Positions 39,235-50,344 are shown, counted from the first letter of the stretch. The stretch is DNA of 64,000 nt from an uncultured Peptostreptococcaceae bacterium (GCA_964484935.1 CAZAFW010000001.1:2649-66648); one strand, 5' to 3'. Numbers and translations: made by a program. Notes: generated by a model from the letters alone, not told the origin.

Positions 39235-39347
39235 AGTTTTTTCCCCCTTCTTAACTATTCCCTAAATATACATTTAAAGTATAGTTTATTTGAAAAGAAA
39301 ATGCAAGACAAATCATCCTGCATCATCTTTTTTCATTATAAAATAGA

Positions 39348-40781
39348 TTAGACTTTCATTTCCACTTCTGTCTTGGCTAATTCTCCATAAGTTTTCTTGA
39401 TCGGTTCGATGATTTTTCCAATAAAATCGTCTACCTGCTCGGGTGCGCGTCCTATATATAGATTCGGGTTCATCAAAAGTTTCAAGTCTTCAACATTCAG
39501 TTTGAAAGAGTCGTCTTCAGCAATTCTTTCAAGCAGATCATTCGGCTTGCCCAATTGTTTTACTTGCTTGGCCGCCTCAATAGAATGGACTCTTATTCTT
39601 TCATGAAGTTCCTGCCTGTCTCCGCCTTTTTTTACCGCGGCCATCAATATGTTTTCAGTCATCATGAAAGGCAGCTCTTTTTCTATATCTGACTTTATGA
39701 CATTTTCATTGACGACAAGTCCCCTGCTTATGTTTGATGCAATGTCCAATATGGCATCTGTTGCCATGAATGTTTCCGGAATTACAATTCTTCTATTGGC
39801 CGAATCATCCAATGTCCTTTCGAACCATTGTGTCGAGACCGTATCCGATGCGTTCCCCAAATTGTTCATGATGTAACGTGAAAGGGAAGCAATTCGTTCA
39901 CTTCTCATCGGATTGCGCTTATATGCCATTGCAGATGAACCAATTTGATTTTTTGCAAACGGTTCTTCTATTTCTTTAAGATTTTGAAGCAGCCTGATAT
40001 CGTTTGTCATTTTATGGAGTGTTTGTGCTATTCCGCTGAGCACCGAAAGTATCTTGAAATCAAATTTTCTAGAATACGTCTGGCCCGCAACATCGAATAC
40101 ATGCTTGAATCCGATTTTTTCTGCGACTTTCGATTCCAGCTCAACTACCTTGCCATGATCTCCGTTGAATAATTCCAAATAGCTTGCCTGAGTGCCTGTA
40201 GTTCCTTTCACGCCCCTTATCTTATAGTTTTCCATAAGATGTTCCAAATCAAAAAGATCCATATGCAGATCCTGAATCCAAAGTGTCGCCCTTTTCCCTA
40301 CTGTCGTAAGCTGGGCGGGCTGGTAATGTGTGTATCCAAGGGTCGCTTGTGCTTTGTGCTCTACGGCAAATTCCGAAAGGTGTATAATAAGCACAGCAAG
40401 CTTCTTCCTTATTGTTTCAAGGGCTTGATAGTATACTACAAGATCAGTGTTGTCTCCCACAAAAGCACTTGTAGCTCCAAGATGCATTACCGCCTTGGCT
40501 TTCGGACATGCCTCTCCGAATGTCAATACATGTGACATTACATCGTGTCGCGTCTTCTTTTCATATTCTTTAGCTTTTTCAAAATCAATTTCATCCGCAC
40601 CGGCTTTCATTTCCGATATCTGTTCTTCACTAATGTTCAAACCAAGCTCCTTCTGGGATTCAGCCAAAGCTATCCATAAAGTCCTCCAGGTTCTGAATTT
40701 GTTGTATGGAGAAAATATTTTCTGCATTTCCACACTAGTGTATCTTTCTGTCAAAGGATTGCTGTATATCTCGTTCGACAT
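39348..40781 (-). CDS. purB: Adenylosuccinate lyase
   Basis: 477 aa. SSAMAYKRNP signature of the fumarate-lyase superfamily; PurB-type N-terminus NPLTERY. Confidence 0.95.
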   Translation of the reverse strand: MSNEIYSNPLTERYTSVEMQKIFSPYNKFRTWRTLWIALAESQKELGLNISEEQISEMKAGADEIDFEKAKEYEKKTRHDVMSHVLTFGEACPKAKAVMHLGATSAFVGDNTDLVVYYQALETIRKKLAVLIIHLSEFAVEHKAQATLGYTHYQPAQLTTVGKRATLWIQDLHMDLFDLEHLMENYKIRGVKGTTGTQASYLELFNGDHGKVVELESKVAEKIGFKHVFDVAGQTYSRKFDFKILSVLSGIAQTLHKMTNDIRLLQNLKEIEEPFAKNQIGSSAMAYKRNPMRSERIASLSRYIMNNLGNASDTVSTQWFERTLDDSANRRIVIPETFMATDAILDIASNISRGLVVNENVIKSDIEKELPFMMTENILMAAVKKGGDRQELHERIRVHSIEAAKQVKQLGKPNDLLERIAEDDSFKLNVEDLKLLMNPNLYIGRAPEQVDDFIGKIIEPIKKTYGELAKTEVEMKV

Positions 40782-40883
40782 AGTAATTCCTCCTATCTAT
40801 CGCTGAATAACTGAACATATAATATTATATTATAGCGAACAATATTTATCAATATATGTTTAATCTTCGGTTTTTGAAAACCA

Positions 40884-40916
40884 AAAATAAACCCGTCCAA
40901 TTGACGGGTTTATTTT
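40884..40916. terminator. Terminator downstream of spoVS (bidirectional hairpin)
   Basis: 14-bp stem AAAATAAACCCGTC / GACGGGTTTATTTT with loop CAATT. Confidence 0.8.
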
Positions 40917-40925
40917 AATCAATTA

Positions 40926-41186
40926 TTATCTTGGGCTTATAATCAGCTTGATTGCGGTTCTCTCTTCCCCTTCTATTTCAATATCTGTGAAAGCAGGAAT
41001 ACAAACCAAATCCATTCCGCTTGGTGCTACAAATCCTCTTGCTATCGCTACCGCTTTGACCGCTTGATTCAACGCACCGGCTCCAATTGCTTGAATTTCG
41101 GCATGTCCGTTTTCCCTCAAAACACCCGCAAGCGCACCTGCAACCGCATTTGGACTTGATTTAGCCGATACTTTTAAAACATCCAT
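40926..41186 (-). CDS. spoVS: Stage V sporulation protein S (SpoVS family)
   Basis: 86 aa. LKVSAKSSPNAVAGALAGVLRE...IQAIGAGALNQAVKAVAIARGF is near-invariant SpoVS sequence. Confidence 0.9.
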   Translation of the reverse strand: MDVLKVSAKSSPNAVAGALAGVLRENGHAEIQAIGAGALNQAVKAVAIARGFVAPSGMDLVCIPAFTDIEIEGEERTAIKLIISPR

Positions 41187-41357
41187 TAGTATGATTCCTC
41201 CTTTTGATTTTAATTATATCTCTTTCTACAATAAATTTACATATATTTCATATTAATCCCTGTATTAGTATTCTACAGAATCCCTTGGAATCCTTTTTTA
41301 ACAGCAAAATAATTTAATGACGCCGTATTTTTTAGAAGATATGCTTTATGTATTAAA

Positions 41358-41414
41358 ACACCTCCAAAGAGGAATCGTCAATCAGTTTGATTGTCGCATC
41401 CTCTTTGGAGGTGT
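41358..41414 (-). terminator. Long hairpin 20 nt downstream of rny
   Basis: 16-bp stem ACACCTCCAAAGAGGA / TCCTCTTTGGAGGTGT. The 25-nt loop itself contains a CAATCA/TGATTG pair. The U-tract on the - strand is only modest. Confidence 0.55.
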
Positions 41415-41434
41415 CCATTTTAAAAATAATTATT

Positions 41435-42985
41435 TTATTTCGCGTAATCCACAGTTCTTGTTTCTCTAATGAGGTTCACTTTTATCTGACCCGGATATTC
41501 CAGATCGTTTTCGACATTCTTCGAAATTTCTCTGGCAAGAAGGATCATTTCGGTATCTGATATTTTCTCAGGTTTAACCATTATCCTTATTTCACGCCCT
41601 GCCTGTATTGCAAAAGCCTTGTCGACCTGATCATACGACTTTGCGATCTCTTCAAGTTTTTCCAGCCTTTTTACATATGTTTCAAGAGTTTCTCTTCTCG
41701 CACCAGGTCTTGCTGCCGAAACAGCATCAGCCGCTGTAATCAAAATTGCTTCAACTGTTTGAGGCTCATAGTCTCCATGATGCGTAGACATTGCATGAAT
41801 CACTTCTTTTGACTCTCCATATTTCTTAAGGACATCCATTCCAATCTCTACATGGGTTCCCTCCATGTCATGATCAAGAGCCTTTCCTATGTCATGGAGC
41901 AATCCGGCTCTCTTGGCAAGCTTTACATCGACTTCTAACTCGGCTGCCATGAGACCTGCCAAATATGATACTTCTATCGAGTGCTTCAGAACATTCTGCC
42001 CGTAACTTGTTCTGTATTTAAGTCTTCCAAGCAATTTGATCAATCCCGGATGAAGATTGTGTATTCCGGCATCGAAAGTTGCAGCTTCTCCCTCTTCTTT
42101 GATTTTTTCATCAATTTCGGCTGAAGCCTTGTTTACCATTTCCTCAATTCTTGCAGGATGGATTCTGCCATCGACAATGAGTTTCTCCAATGCAACACGT
42201 GCAATTTCCCTTTTGATTGGATCAAAAGCCGATAGTATAACAGCTTCAGGTGTGTCATCGATAATGAGATCCACTCCGGTCAAAGTCTCTAAAGTCCTTA
42301 TGTTTCTTCCTTCTCTGCCTATAATTCTGCCTTTCATTTCATCATTCGGAAGATTGACGACCGATACAGTGCTTTCAGCAACATAATCCGCAGCATATTT
42401 TTGTATGGAATAGGCCAATATTTCCTTAGCTTTTTTACTGGCTTCCTCTTTTGCGTTTGAAACTATATCCTTTATCATTATTGCCGACTCATATCGGACT
42501 TCCTTTTCAATATCCTGGAGAAGCATTTCCTTTGCTTCTTCAGCAGTAAATCCAGACACTCTTTCAAGTTCTTCTATCTGCTTCTTGAAAAGTTCGTCGA
42601 CTTCCTGGTTCTTTACTTCTATTTCTTTTAATTTTCCGATTAGTATATTTTCTTTTTCTTCAAGCGCCTCTGTCTTTGCATAAAGAGATTCCTCTCTTTT
42701 ATTGAGTCTTTTCTCTGTTCTTTGAGATTCTGTTCTTCTTTCTCTTATTTCTTTGTTCAAGTCTTTTCTTAATCTATGAATTTCTTCTTTTGCATCTATT
42801 AAAGCTTCTTTTTTCGCTGTTGTCGCCAATTTATTCGCTTCAGAAAGTATTTTTCTTGCTTTTTCTTCAGCGCTTTGAATTTTTTCAGCGGCAATCTTTT
42901 TTCTGTATAAATATCCCAATCCAAAAGCAATGGGAACAAGTACTACAGCTGCAATCGCTAAATAGTATATTTTGATAATATGCAT
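41435..42985 (-). CDS. rny: Ribonuclease Y
   Basis: N-terminal TM helix, coiled coil, KH domain ([21 protein letters not shown]), and HD domain (LLHDIGKA). Start refined to the ATG at 42985. Confidence 0.9.
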   Translation of the reverse strand: MHIIKIYYLAIAAVVLVPIAFGLGYLYRKKIAAEKIQSAEEKARKILSEANKLATTAKKEALIDAKEEIHRLRKDLNKEIRERRTESQRTEKRLNKREESLYAKTEALEEKENILIGKLKEIEVKNQEVDELFKKQIEELERVSGFTAEEAKEMLLQDIEKEVRYESAIMIKDIVSNAKEEASKKAKEILAYSIQKYAADYVAESTVSVVNLPNDEMKGRIIGREGRNIRTLETLTGVDLIIDDTPEAVILSAFDPIKREIARVALEKLIVDGRIHPARIEEMVNKASAEIDEKIKEEGEAATFDAGIHNLHPGLIKLLGRLKYRTSYGQNVLKHSIEVSYLAGLMAAELEVDVKLAKRAGLLHDIGKALDHDMEGTHVEIGMDVLKKYGESKEVIHAMSTHHGDYEPQTVEAILITAADAVSAARPGARRETLETYVKRLEKLEEIAKSYDQVDKAFAIQAGREIRIMVKPEKISDTEMILLAREISKNVENDLEYPGQIKVNLIRETRTVDYAK

Positions 42986-43116
42986 ACACCTCCCATTTAT
43001 AATAAAAAATAAAAACCGAGACAACTCGGTTAAAACCCAATTCACGAGGAACTAAAACGGGCAGTTTAATAGAATCCTCTTTGTAATTTTAAAACTTTTC
43101 GTATTTATTGTCAAGC

Positions 43117-43731
43117 TTATTGGACAATGCCCACAAAATGATTTTCCATTGATTTCCTTATGGCTTCTGTTGAGAATCCTTTTCTATACAAGTATTGTCT
43201 CACCTTGTTCATTTCATGTTTTTTATCGCTTTTTCCGTATCTTTTTTCAATCAATTTCAAGGCCCTGAATTCTTCTTTTTCAAGAACATTTAGTTCAGTC
43301 AGGATTGCCTCCACTAATGGTTCATTAATGCCCTTGTTTATTGATTTCATTTTTATTGCATAAGTCGACTGGTTTTTTTCAATAAGCTCATCAATATAGT
43401 CCCTCGCATACAATTCGTCGTCCAGCATTCCGTATTCCACCATTTTTAAAATTGTCGCCTGTATAATGTATTCTGGTATGTGGATTTTTCTTAAATGATT
43501 TGAAACCTCTTTTTCGGTTCTTCTCTTGAATTCAATGTATTTCAATGTCCGCTCTAAAGAATAGGTCTCAGTGAAGTCTCTCAATTCCTTTTCCATTTTC
43601 TCGTCAATAGTAAAATGATTTTCCAATCTATTATTTTTAAGCCATTTTGCATCACAAAAATAAAAAACTTCACAATCGGTTAAAATCCTGCTCACGCTCT
43701 TGTTCACTTTTTCTAGAAGTATTACTTTCAT
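43117..43731 (-). CDS. recX: Recombination regulator RecX
   Basis: Three-repeat helical RecX pattern (...LYARDYIDEL..., ...VRQYLYRKGFSTEAI...). Lies downstream of recA. The start is uncertain: 43731, 43740 or 43770. Confidence 0.75.
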   Translation of the reverse strand: MKVILLEKVNKSVSRILTDCEVFYFCDAKWLKNNRLENHFTIDEKMEKELRDFTETYSLERTLKYIEFKRRTEKEVSNHLRKIHIPEYIIQATILKMVEYGMLDDELYARDYIDELIEKNQSTYAIKMKSINKGINEPLVEAILTELNVLEKEEFRALKLIEKRYGKSDKKHEMNKVRQYLYRKGFSTEAIRKSMENHFVGIVQ

Positions 43732-43839
43732 TGATCGCATCCCCTTCCCAAGAAAGGCCGAAACTCCCAATAAAAATATTGTGGGCGTTTCGACCTTTTA
43801 TCTTGCTTAAAGCTGTATTGCCTTACTTTATTCCATTAA

Positions 43840-44880
43840 TTATTCCGCTTCTTCTTTTGTTACTGTTTCCAAGCCGTAATAATCCCTTATCTTTTTTTCA
43901 ATATCAACAAACATATCGGCATGTTCCATAAGATGTTGTTTTGCATTTTCCCTGCCTTGCCCTATTCTGTCTTCATTGTAACTGTACCAAGATCCTGATT
44001 TTTTTATTATACCTGCATTTACCCCGCAGTCAAGGATGCCTCCCTCTTTTGACACGCCTTTGCCATACATTATATCGAATTCAGCGATTTTAAATGGTGA
44101 AGCAACCTTGTTCTTGGCAATCTTTATTTTTGTTCTGTTTCCTACTATCTGGTCTCCCTGCTTGATGCTTCCTATTCTACGCACATCTATTCGAACCGAC
44201 GAATAAAATTTAAGAGCTCTTCCTCCTGTTGTGGTCTCGGGGTTCCCAAACATGACACCAATTTTTTCCCTGAGTTGATTTATGAATATTACAGATGTTC
44301 TTGAACGGCTGATTATTGCAGTCAATTTCCTCATGGCCTGAGACATGAGCCTTGCCTGAAGACCCATATGACTGTCTCCCATTTCCCCGGTCAGCTCAGC
44401 CTTCGGTACGAGCGCCGCAACCGAGTCCAAAACAATTATATCTATTGCTCCGCTTCTGACCAAGGCTTCTACTATGTCCAATGCCTGCTCTCCCGTATCA
44501 GGCTGGGAAAGAATAAGGTTTTCTATGTCAACACCCAAATTGCCGGCATATACCGGATCCAACGCATGCTCTACATCTATGAAAGCGGCATTGCCGCCAT
44601 TTTTTTGACACTCTGCAATCATATGGAGAGAAACCGTTGTTTTCCCGGAAGATTCAGGACCGTATATCTCAATTATTCTCCCTTTTGGAATTCCTCCTAT
44701 GCCCAATGCAATATCCAGTTCCACTATACCCGTAGGAATCGACTCCACATTTGCTCTCGCTCCGTCGTCTCCGAGCCTCATGATTGAACCCTTCCCGAAT
44801 TGTTTTTCTATTTGTGTCAATACAGTATCAAGAGCCTTCTTTTTTTCGTCCATATTGTCCCAGTGCGAAACTGGATTCAC
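43840..44880 (-). CDS. recA: Recombinase RecA
   Basis: [16 protein letters not shown], Walker [10 protein letters not shown]. Start is the GTG at 44880 (adjacent to AAAGGTGG) or the ATG at 44853. Confidence 0.95.
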   Translation of the reverse strand: MNPVSHWDNMDEKKKALDTVLTQIEKQFGKGSIMRLGDDGARANVESIPTGIVELDIALGIGGIPKGRIIEIYGPESSGKTTVSLHMIAECQKNGGNAAFIDVEHALDPVYAGNLGVDIENLILSQPDTGEQALDIVEALVRSGAIDIIVLDSVAALVPKAELTGEMGDSHMGLQARLMSQAMRKLTAIISRSRTSVIFINQLREKIGVMFGNPETTTGGRALKFYSSVRIDVRRIGSIKQGDQIVGNRTKIKIAKNKVASPFKIAEFDIMYGKGVSKEGGILDCGVNAGIIKKSGSWYSYNEDRIGQGRENAKQHLMEHADMFVDIEKKIRDYYGLETVTKEEAE

Positions 44881-44893
44881 CCACCTTTCATAT

Positions 44894-44906
44894 CGAACAT
44901 TTGTTC
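44894..44906. promoter_or_regulatory. LexA (Cheo/SOS) box upstream of recA
   Basis: CGAACATTTGTTC contains a perfect GAAC-N4-GTTC palindrome. It lies between the candidate -10 element and the recA start. Confidence 0.8.
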
Positions 44907-44915
44907 TTTTATTTG

Positions 44916-44944
44916 ATTATATCCCACTATTTTATATTAATCAA
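44916..44944 (-). promoter_or_regulatory. Candidate recA promoter
   Basis: On the - strand: TTGATT (44939-44944), 17-nt spacer, TATAAT (44916-44921). The -35 element overlaps the cinA stop codon. Confidence 0.5.
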
Positions 44945-46190
44945 CCTTTTTTAAGATTTGATATAATTTTTTCATTATATTATTAACCGTATAGGTCCTT
45001 ATTCTTTGTCTGTCTCCACGAATATGATAAGTTTCAATTTCAATTGTCCCATCAATCAAGAAAGCTGCATATACAAGACCGACTGGCTTTTCTTCTGTTC
45101 CGCCTTCCGGACCTGCGATGCCTGTTACAGATATGCATACGTCACTGCCTGTCTCCTTGTAGAGTCCTACAGCCATCTCTTCCGCCGTCTGCACGCTTAC
45201 CGCCCCGTGCTTTTTCAATATTTCAACGTCGACATGAATCCTCTTCTCTTTGGCTTCGTTGCTGTATGTGATGAAACCTTCACCAAAAACATCCGACGCT
45301 CCCGGCACGTCAATGAAATTAGAAGCCAGCAAGCCGCCCGTGCATGATTCAACCGTTGAAACCTTCAATTCTTTATCCCTGAGCAAATTTATCACCATTT
45401 CATTGAGTTCTCTTTCATCTTCCGAATAAACAAATCTGCCCAAACGTTTTTTTATCTCGTTTATTGTCGGCTGCAAAACAGTTTCAGCCGATTCTTTATC
45501 CTTTTGCTTTGTAGCCACCCTTATCGCAACATCCCCCGGCTTCGCATATGTAGCAATTGTAGGGTCTTTCTGGTTTTCAATCAGATCAATCAATTCAGTT
45601 TCAACGGCAGATTCGCCAATTCCCGTAAGCCTCAATACTTTAGAATGAATGCATACATCTGTCATTGCCGAAAAATAGTCATTGAGGTGGGCATTGAACA
45701 TCGCTTTCATTTCATGCGGCGGCCCCGGAAGACATATCACAGTTTTGTTTTCTTGATCTGTTTGCAGAATAAATCCTGGAGCCGAACCCATGTCATTTTT
45801 CAGTATCGTACTTCCCTCAGGGAAAAAAGTCTGCCTGTAGTTGTTTTTCGTTATTTCTTTTATCGACCTTCCATATCTTTTCATTATTTTTTCCATCTGA
45901 TTTACAGCTTCATGGTTCTGTTTCAGTTCCCTTTTAAAAACTGAGGCTACCGCCTCTTTTGTCATATCATCCTTGGTCGGGCCAAGTCCTCCAGTCAAAA
46001 GAATTATATCCACCTTCTTGAACAAAATTTCCAAAACGCTCTGCAATCGGCAATGATTGTCCCCAACAACAATCTGATAGTATACATTTATTCCGAATTT
46101 TTTCATTTGCTGAGATAAATATGCCGCATTTGTATTCACAATTTCTCCCATCAACAACTCTGTACCAACATTTAAAATTGCAGCGTCCAT
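44937..46190 (-). CDS. cinA: Competence/damage-inducible protein CinA (MoCF-binding plus PncC deamidase domains)
   Basis: 417 aa. GTELLMGEIVNTNAAYLS N-terminus, TGGLGPT motif, and C-terminal ESCTGG motif. Confidence 0.9.
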   Translation of the reverse strand: MDAAILNVGTELLMGEIVNTNAAYLSQQMKKFGINVYYQIVVGDNHCRLQSVLEILFKKVDIILLTGGLGPTKDDMTKEAVASVFKRELKQNHEAVNQMEKIMKRYGRSIKEITKNNYRQTFFPEGSTILKNDMGSAPGFILQTDQENKTVICLPGPPHEMKAMFNAHLNDYFSAMTDVCIHSKVLRLTGIGESAVETELIDLIENQKDPTIATYAKPGDVAIRVATKQKDKESAETVLQPTINEIKKRLGRFVYSEDERELNEMVINLLRDKELKVSTVESCTGGLLASNFIDVPGASDVFGEGFITYSNEAKEKRIHVDVEILKKHGAVSVQTAEEMAVGLYKETGSDVCISVTGIAGPEGGTEEKPVGLVYAAFLIDGTIEIETYHIRGDRQRIRTYTVNNIMKKLYQILKKVD

Positions 46191-46202
46191 AAGTTCCCCT
46201 TT

Positions 46203-46721
46203 TTAGATTATGACTTTTTTGTTTTTTCCTATATAATCGACAGCGGACAAAATTGTTGACAATACTGATATCCAAAGCATAATATCCGCAATCGCTCCAT
46301 TGGTTAACATTAATAATATTATCGCAAACATTTGTGTATTTGTCTTGATTTTGCCCCAAATGCTTGCCGCTATAACCAATCCTTTAGAAGCCGCGAGAGA
46401 TCTGAATGAAGTAATAAGAAATTCCCTCGCAAGAATAATAACAACCGGCCACACTGATATTCGTCCAACTTGAACCAATGCAATAAGTGCCGATGCAACC
46501 AGTATCTTGTCCGCCATTGGATCCATCAATTTTCCAAAGTCAGTTATCAATTCATATTTTCTCGCCAAATAACCGTCAAGAAAATCTGTAATTGAAGCAA
46601 TTATAAAAATCACCGCCGCAATTATCCTCGAATTTTGCATTCCCGACAAAAGCACCCAAATAAATATAGGCACCATTATTATCCTTGCCACAGTAATTTT
46701 ATTTGGCAGATTCATTTTCAA
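46203..46721 (-). CDS. pgsA: CDP-diacylglycerol--glycerol-3-phosphate 3-phosphatidyltransferase
   Basis: CDP-alcohol phosphatidyltransferase motif: DFLDGYLARK...GKLMDPMADK. Confidence 0.9.
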   Translation of the reverse strand: MKMNLPNKITVARIIMVPIFIWVLLSGMQNSRIIAAVIFIIASITDFLDGYLARKYELITDFGKLMDPMADKILVASALIALVQVGRISVWPVVIILAREFLITSFRSLAASKGLVIAASIWGKIKTNTQMFAIILLMLTNGAIADIMLWISVLSTILSAVDYIGKNKKVII

Positions 46722-48075
46722 TCACTCCAATCAAATCGTACTCAAGCGAATCTGTAATTTTAACATCTACAAAGTCACCCGGCTCAAGCTCGCTTTTGGT
46801 ATTGATGTATAAAACACCATCTACCTCAGGAGCGTCGTATTGTGTCCTGCCGATGTAAACATCTTCATTTTCAATTTTTTCATCAATTATAGCTTTTATG
46901 GTCATGCCGATTTTTTTGTTGTTTGCATTTTCCGAAATTTTCTTTTGCAAAAGCATTATTCTTTCTTTCCTGTCCGCCTTTGTATTGGAATCAATCTGGC
47001 AATCGAATCCTGCGGCAGGCGTCCCCTCTTCTGGCGAATATTCGAAGACTCCAAGCTTGTCAAATATTTGTTTTTCAACGAATTCAATCAATTCTTCGAA
47101 TGCCCCAACGCTCTCTCCGGGAAAACCGACCATAAGAGTTGTCCTTATGGACATGTCTGGAATCAATCTTCTAATCATTTCTAAAACTTTTTCCAAATCT
47201 TTTGAATTTGTATGGCGATTCATTCTTTTTAAAACATCATCATTGCAATGCTGAATGGGCATGTCGAGGTAATTGCATATTTTATCATTTTTTCTTATCA
47301 TTTCAATCAACGATTCATCCAAAACATCCGGATACGCATACAATATCCTTATCCATTCAATGCCGTCAACAAGCACAAGTTCTTCAAGAAGTTCAACCAG
47401 CTTGAATTCACCATATATGTCTAATCCGTATTTTGTTGTATCCTGTGCTATAAGCACTATTTCCTTTACTCCCCTGCTTGCCAATTCATTTGCTTCCGAA
47501 ATAATATCTTCGATTCTTCTGCTCTTGTACCCTCCCTTGAATCCAGGTATGGTGCAGTATGTGCACCTGTTGTCGCAGCCTTCCGAGATTTTCACATAAG
47601 CATAATGCTCCTGGTCGAGAAGAACTCTTTCCCTTTCTTCATAATCCACATAACGGTCTATTTCTCCGACATTTGAGATTCTATTTCCGTCACTTTCGAA
47701 TTTTTCCAGCATCTCAGGCAGCTCCAAAAATTTCGTCACTCCGATTATTATGTCAATTTCAGGCATCTCTCTTTGTATTTCATCGGCAAATCTTTCAGAA
47801 AGGCATCCTGCCGCTACAATGACCTGGTTTTTACTTTTAATGCGTCCGAATTCCAATATGGTATTGACTGACTCTTCCATTGCATCAGCTATGAAGCCGC
47901 ATGTGTTGACAATGATATAATCGGCATCCTCAAAATCATAAGTCAAATCCAACCCCGCCTTTATCAAGCGGCCTGCAAGAAACTCAGAATCAACTTGGTT
48001 CTTCGAACACCCCAAGGTTTCAATTAAAAACTTTTTATTTTCAATTTTGATTTTCTTTTTATCAGCACTATTCAT
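46699..48075 (-). CDS. rimO: Ribosomal protein S12 methylthiotransferase RimO
   Basis: TLGCSKNQVDSE N-terminal domain, radical-SAM CDNRCTYC, and a TRAM C-terminus. Confidence 0.9.
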   Translation of the reverse strand: MNSADKKKIKIENKKFLIETLGCSKNQVDSEFLAGRLIKAGLDLTYDFEDADYIIVNTCGFIADAMEESVNTILEFGRIKSKNQVIVAAGCLSERFADEIQREMPEIDIIIGVTKFLELPEMLEKFESDGNRISNVGEIDRYVDYEERERVLLDQEHYAYVKISEGCDNRCTYCTIPGFKGGYKSRRIEDIISEANELASRGVKEIVLIAQDTTKYGLDIYGEFKLVELLEELVLVDGIEWIRILYAYPDVLDESLIEMIRKNDKICNYLDMPIQHCNDDVLKRMNRHTNSKDLEKVLEMIRRLIPDMSIRTTLMVGFPGESVGAFEELIEFVEKQIFDKLGVFEYSPEEGTPAAGFDCQIDSNTKADRKERIMLLQKKISENANNKKIGMTIKAIIDEKIENEDVYIGRTQYDAPEVDGVLYINTKSELEPGDFVDVKITDSLEYDLIGVIENESAK

Positions 48076-50344
48076 AATCGGTCCCCAAATCTTCCTCGTT
48101 TATTAATACGTTTCTTGGTTTCTTGCCGTCGCTTTTGCTCACTATGCCTCTTTTTTCCATCTCGTCGATTATCCTGGCGGCACGATTGTAGCCTATCCTG
48201 TATCTCCTTTGCAGCATCGATATTGATATTTGATCCATTGCAGCAACAGTTTCGATAACTTCCGGCAAAAGCTCGTCAGTTTCATCAACATTGTCTTTGA
48301 CGAAAGTTTCTGCAGGTATTTCTTCATATTCCACTTCGCCAACCTGTGATTTTATATGATTCAAGACTTTTTTTGTCTCGTTGTCAGATACAAAAACGCC
48401 CTGAATCCTTCTTGGCTTGGACTGCCCCACCGGATAGTGCAGCATGTCCCCTTTACCCAATAATTTTTCAGCCCCACCCATGTCCAATATCGTTCTGGAA
48501 TCGGCTTGAGAAGAAACCGCAAAAGCAATTCTTGATGGTATGTTGGCTTTTATTATTCCCGTTATTACATCCACCGACGGCCTTTGCGTTGCAACGATCA
48601 AATGGATGCCTGCGGCCCTTGCCATTTGAGCTATTCTGCATATTGCATCCTCCACTTGACTTGGAGCTACCATCATCAGATCCGAAAGTTCGTCAATTAT
48701 GACGACAATTTGATACATGCTTTCATGGTCGCGGCTTTTATTATAGCTTTTTATATCCCTCACATTGGTTTCTGCAAATGTCTTATATCGCTCATTCATC
48801 TCATTTACAACCCAATTCAATGCCGCTGCAGATTTTTGGGGGTCGGTGACAACAGGCATGATAAGATGCGGAATGCCGTTATACTGATTCAATTCAACAA
48901 CTTTCGGGTCAATCATTAAAAATTTCACTTCATCCGGTCGTTTTGCAAAAAGCAAGCTGGTGATGAGCGCATTTACACATACGCTTTTGCCTGATCCAGT
49001 TGCACCTGCAATCAACAAGTGCGGCATTTCTGTTAGATCGGATACTATTGGATTTCCCGATATGTCTTTCCCAAGCGCAAAATTCAAGCCTTCTTTTTTC
49101 TCTTTGAAGCTATTGCTTTTTATGATTTCACGCAAGCCTACAAGCGAATTTCCATCGTTTGGAACCTCAATTCCAACTGCCGCCTTCCCCGGAATCGGAG
49201 CTTCGATCCTTATGTTTCTTGCGGCTAGATTCAAAGCTATGTCATCTGAAAGTGAAACGATTCTGCTTACCTTCACGCCCGGTTTCGGCTGTATTTCGTA
49301 CCTGGTGATAGTCGGCCCCCTGCTAACTTGAACAACCTTTGCGTCGACTCCAAAATCATCCAATATCCTTTCAAGGTTTTTCGCTTTTTTCAATACTGAT
49401 TTCCTATCCATTTCCTTGCCGTTTTCAGGGGTTTTATCCAGCAGTTCAATTCCCGGCAATCTGTATTGCCTATAATTTTCACTAAAACCGCTCTTGCATA
49501 TTTCACTGTTGATTTTTATAGGCTCTGAAATTGAATCTGCCTTTGGATTTGTAGCGGATTCATCCCTTTGACCAATTTTTTCTTCAGTTTTGACATTTTC
49601 AATACTGTCTTTGCGTTCTCCATATTCCTTGGCATAGTCAATCACCTTTATCGCAGGCTGAGTTTTAATCTCTTCCGGGATTTCATTAAGAGTTTTCTTT
49701 TCGGTTTTTTCTTTTTTCTTTTTTCGTTCCTTGTATGCGGCTTCCTCTTTAGTGAATACTTTCAATGCGGATTTCTTAAGCACCTTTATGGAAAATCTCA
49801 ATGCTCCCGCAACCGCTTTATATATTTCCGCTATGGATTTGTCCAAAATTATAGCTGTTCCAACCAATAAAAGTATTGCGCAAAGAAATAGACTCCCATA
49901 GGTCCCAAGCATTTTAACCGATGCAGAGTATATCATTCTGTTTATCAATCCGGGAGCTTCCCCGGAGACGCCGCCCGCAAAATAGACGGCTGTTTCTTTG
50001 ACATCGAAAGTCCTTTGGATGCCATTAGTGATACCGTATAAAATTGAACCCGAAACCATAAAATCAGCCAAAACAAAAACACTTCTATAAGAACCGCCTT
50101 TTTCAATCACTTGCAGAAGGCCTGACAAAATCAAGATAAAAGCCATGTATACCGCATTCCCATTGAACAAACCTCCGAAAACATTCTTCAGCCACTCTCC
50201 GACTATCCCTGCTGATTGGGTATAGATGCTAAGCAGAAGCATTATCCCTGCCGAAATCATGACAAACGGCAAAATCAAATGTTTCTTTTTGTCTTTCACT
50301 TTTACACTCGCCTTTTGTTTTTTTCTGTTTTTTGCTGTAGCCAT
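48068..50344 (-). CDS. ftsK: DNA translocase FtsK/SpoIIIE
   Basis: N-terminal TM segments, Walker A GATGSGKS, the IDELSDLMM motif, and a C-terminal gamma domain (SISMLQRRYRIGYNRAARIID). Start refined to the ATG at 50344, 5 nt after AAAGGTGA. Confidence 0.9.
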   Translation of the reverse strand: MATAKNRKKQKASVKVKDKKKHLILPFVMISAGIMLLLSIYTQSAGIVGEWLKNVFGGLFNGNAVYMAFILILSGLLQVIEKGGSYRSVFVLADFMVSGSILYGITNGIQRTFDVKETAVYFAGGVSGEAPGLINRMIYSASVKMLGTYGSLFLCAILLLVGTAIILDKSIAEIYKAVAGALRFSIKVLKKSALKVFTKEEAAYKERKKKKEKTEKKTLNEIPEEIKTQPAIKVIDYAKEYGERKDSIENVKTEEKIGQRDESATNPKADSISEPIKINSEICKSGFSENYRQYRLPGIELLDKTPENGKEMDRKSVLKKAKNLERILDDFGVDAKVVQVSRGPTITRYEIQPKPGVKVSRIVSLSDDIALNLAARNIRIEAPIPGKAAVGIEVPNDGNSLVGLREIIKSNSFKEKKEGLNFALGKDISGNPIVSDLTEMPHLLIAGATGSGKSVCVNALITSLLFAKRPDEVKFLMIDPKVVELNQYNGIPHLIMPVVTDPQKSAAALNWVVNEMNERYKTFAETNVRDIKSYNKSRDHESMYQIVVIIDELSDLMMVAPSQVEDAICRIAQMARAAGIHLIVATQRPSVDVITGIIKANIPSRIAFAVSSQADSRTILDMGGAEKLLGKGDMLHYPVGQSKPRRIQGVFVSDNETKKVLNHIKSQVGEVEYEEIPAETFVKDNVDETDELLPEVIETVAAMDQISISMLQRRYRIGYNRAARIIDEMEKRGIVSKSDGKKPRNVLINEEDLGTDYE

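Noticed and set aside
40813-40849. GAAC-containing half-sites (GAACATATAATA and CGAACAATATTTAT) upstream of purB as possible LexA boxes.
   Set aside because: Only one half-site matches in each case. The second half (AATA, TTTAT) does not resemble GTTC, so this is most likely chance in AT-rich DNA.
41187-41434. 248-nt spoVS-rny spacer as a possible sRNA locus.
   Set aside because: The spacer is explained by the rny terminator hairpin (41358-41414) plus an AT-rich spoVS promoter and leader. No additional stable structure or independent terminator was found.
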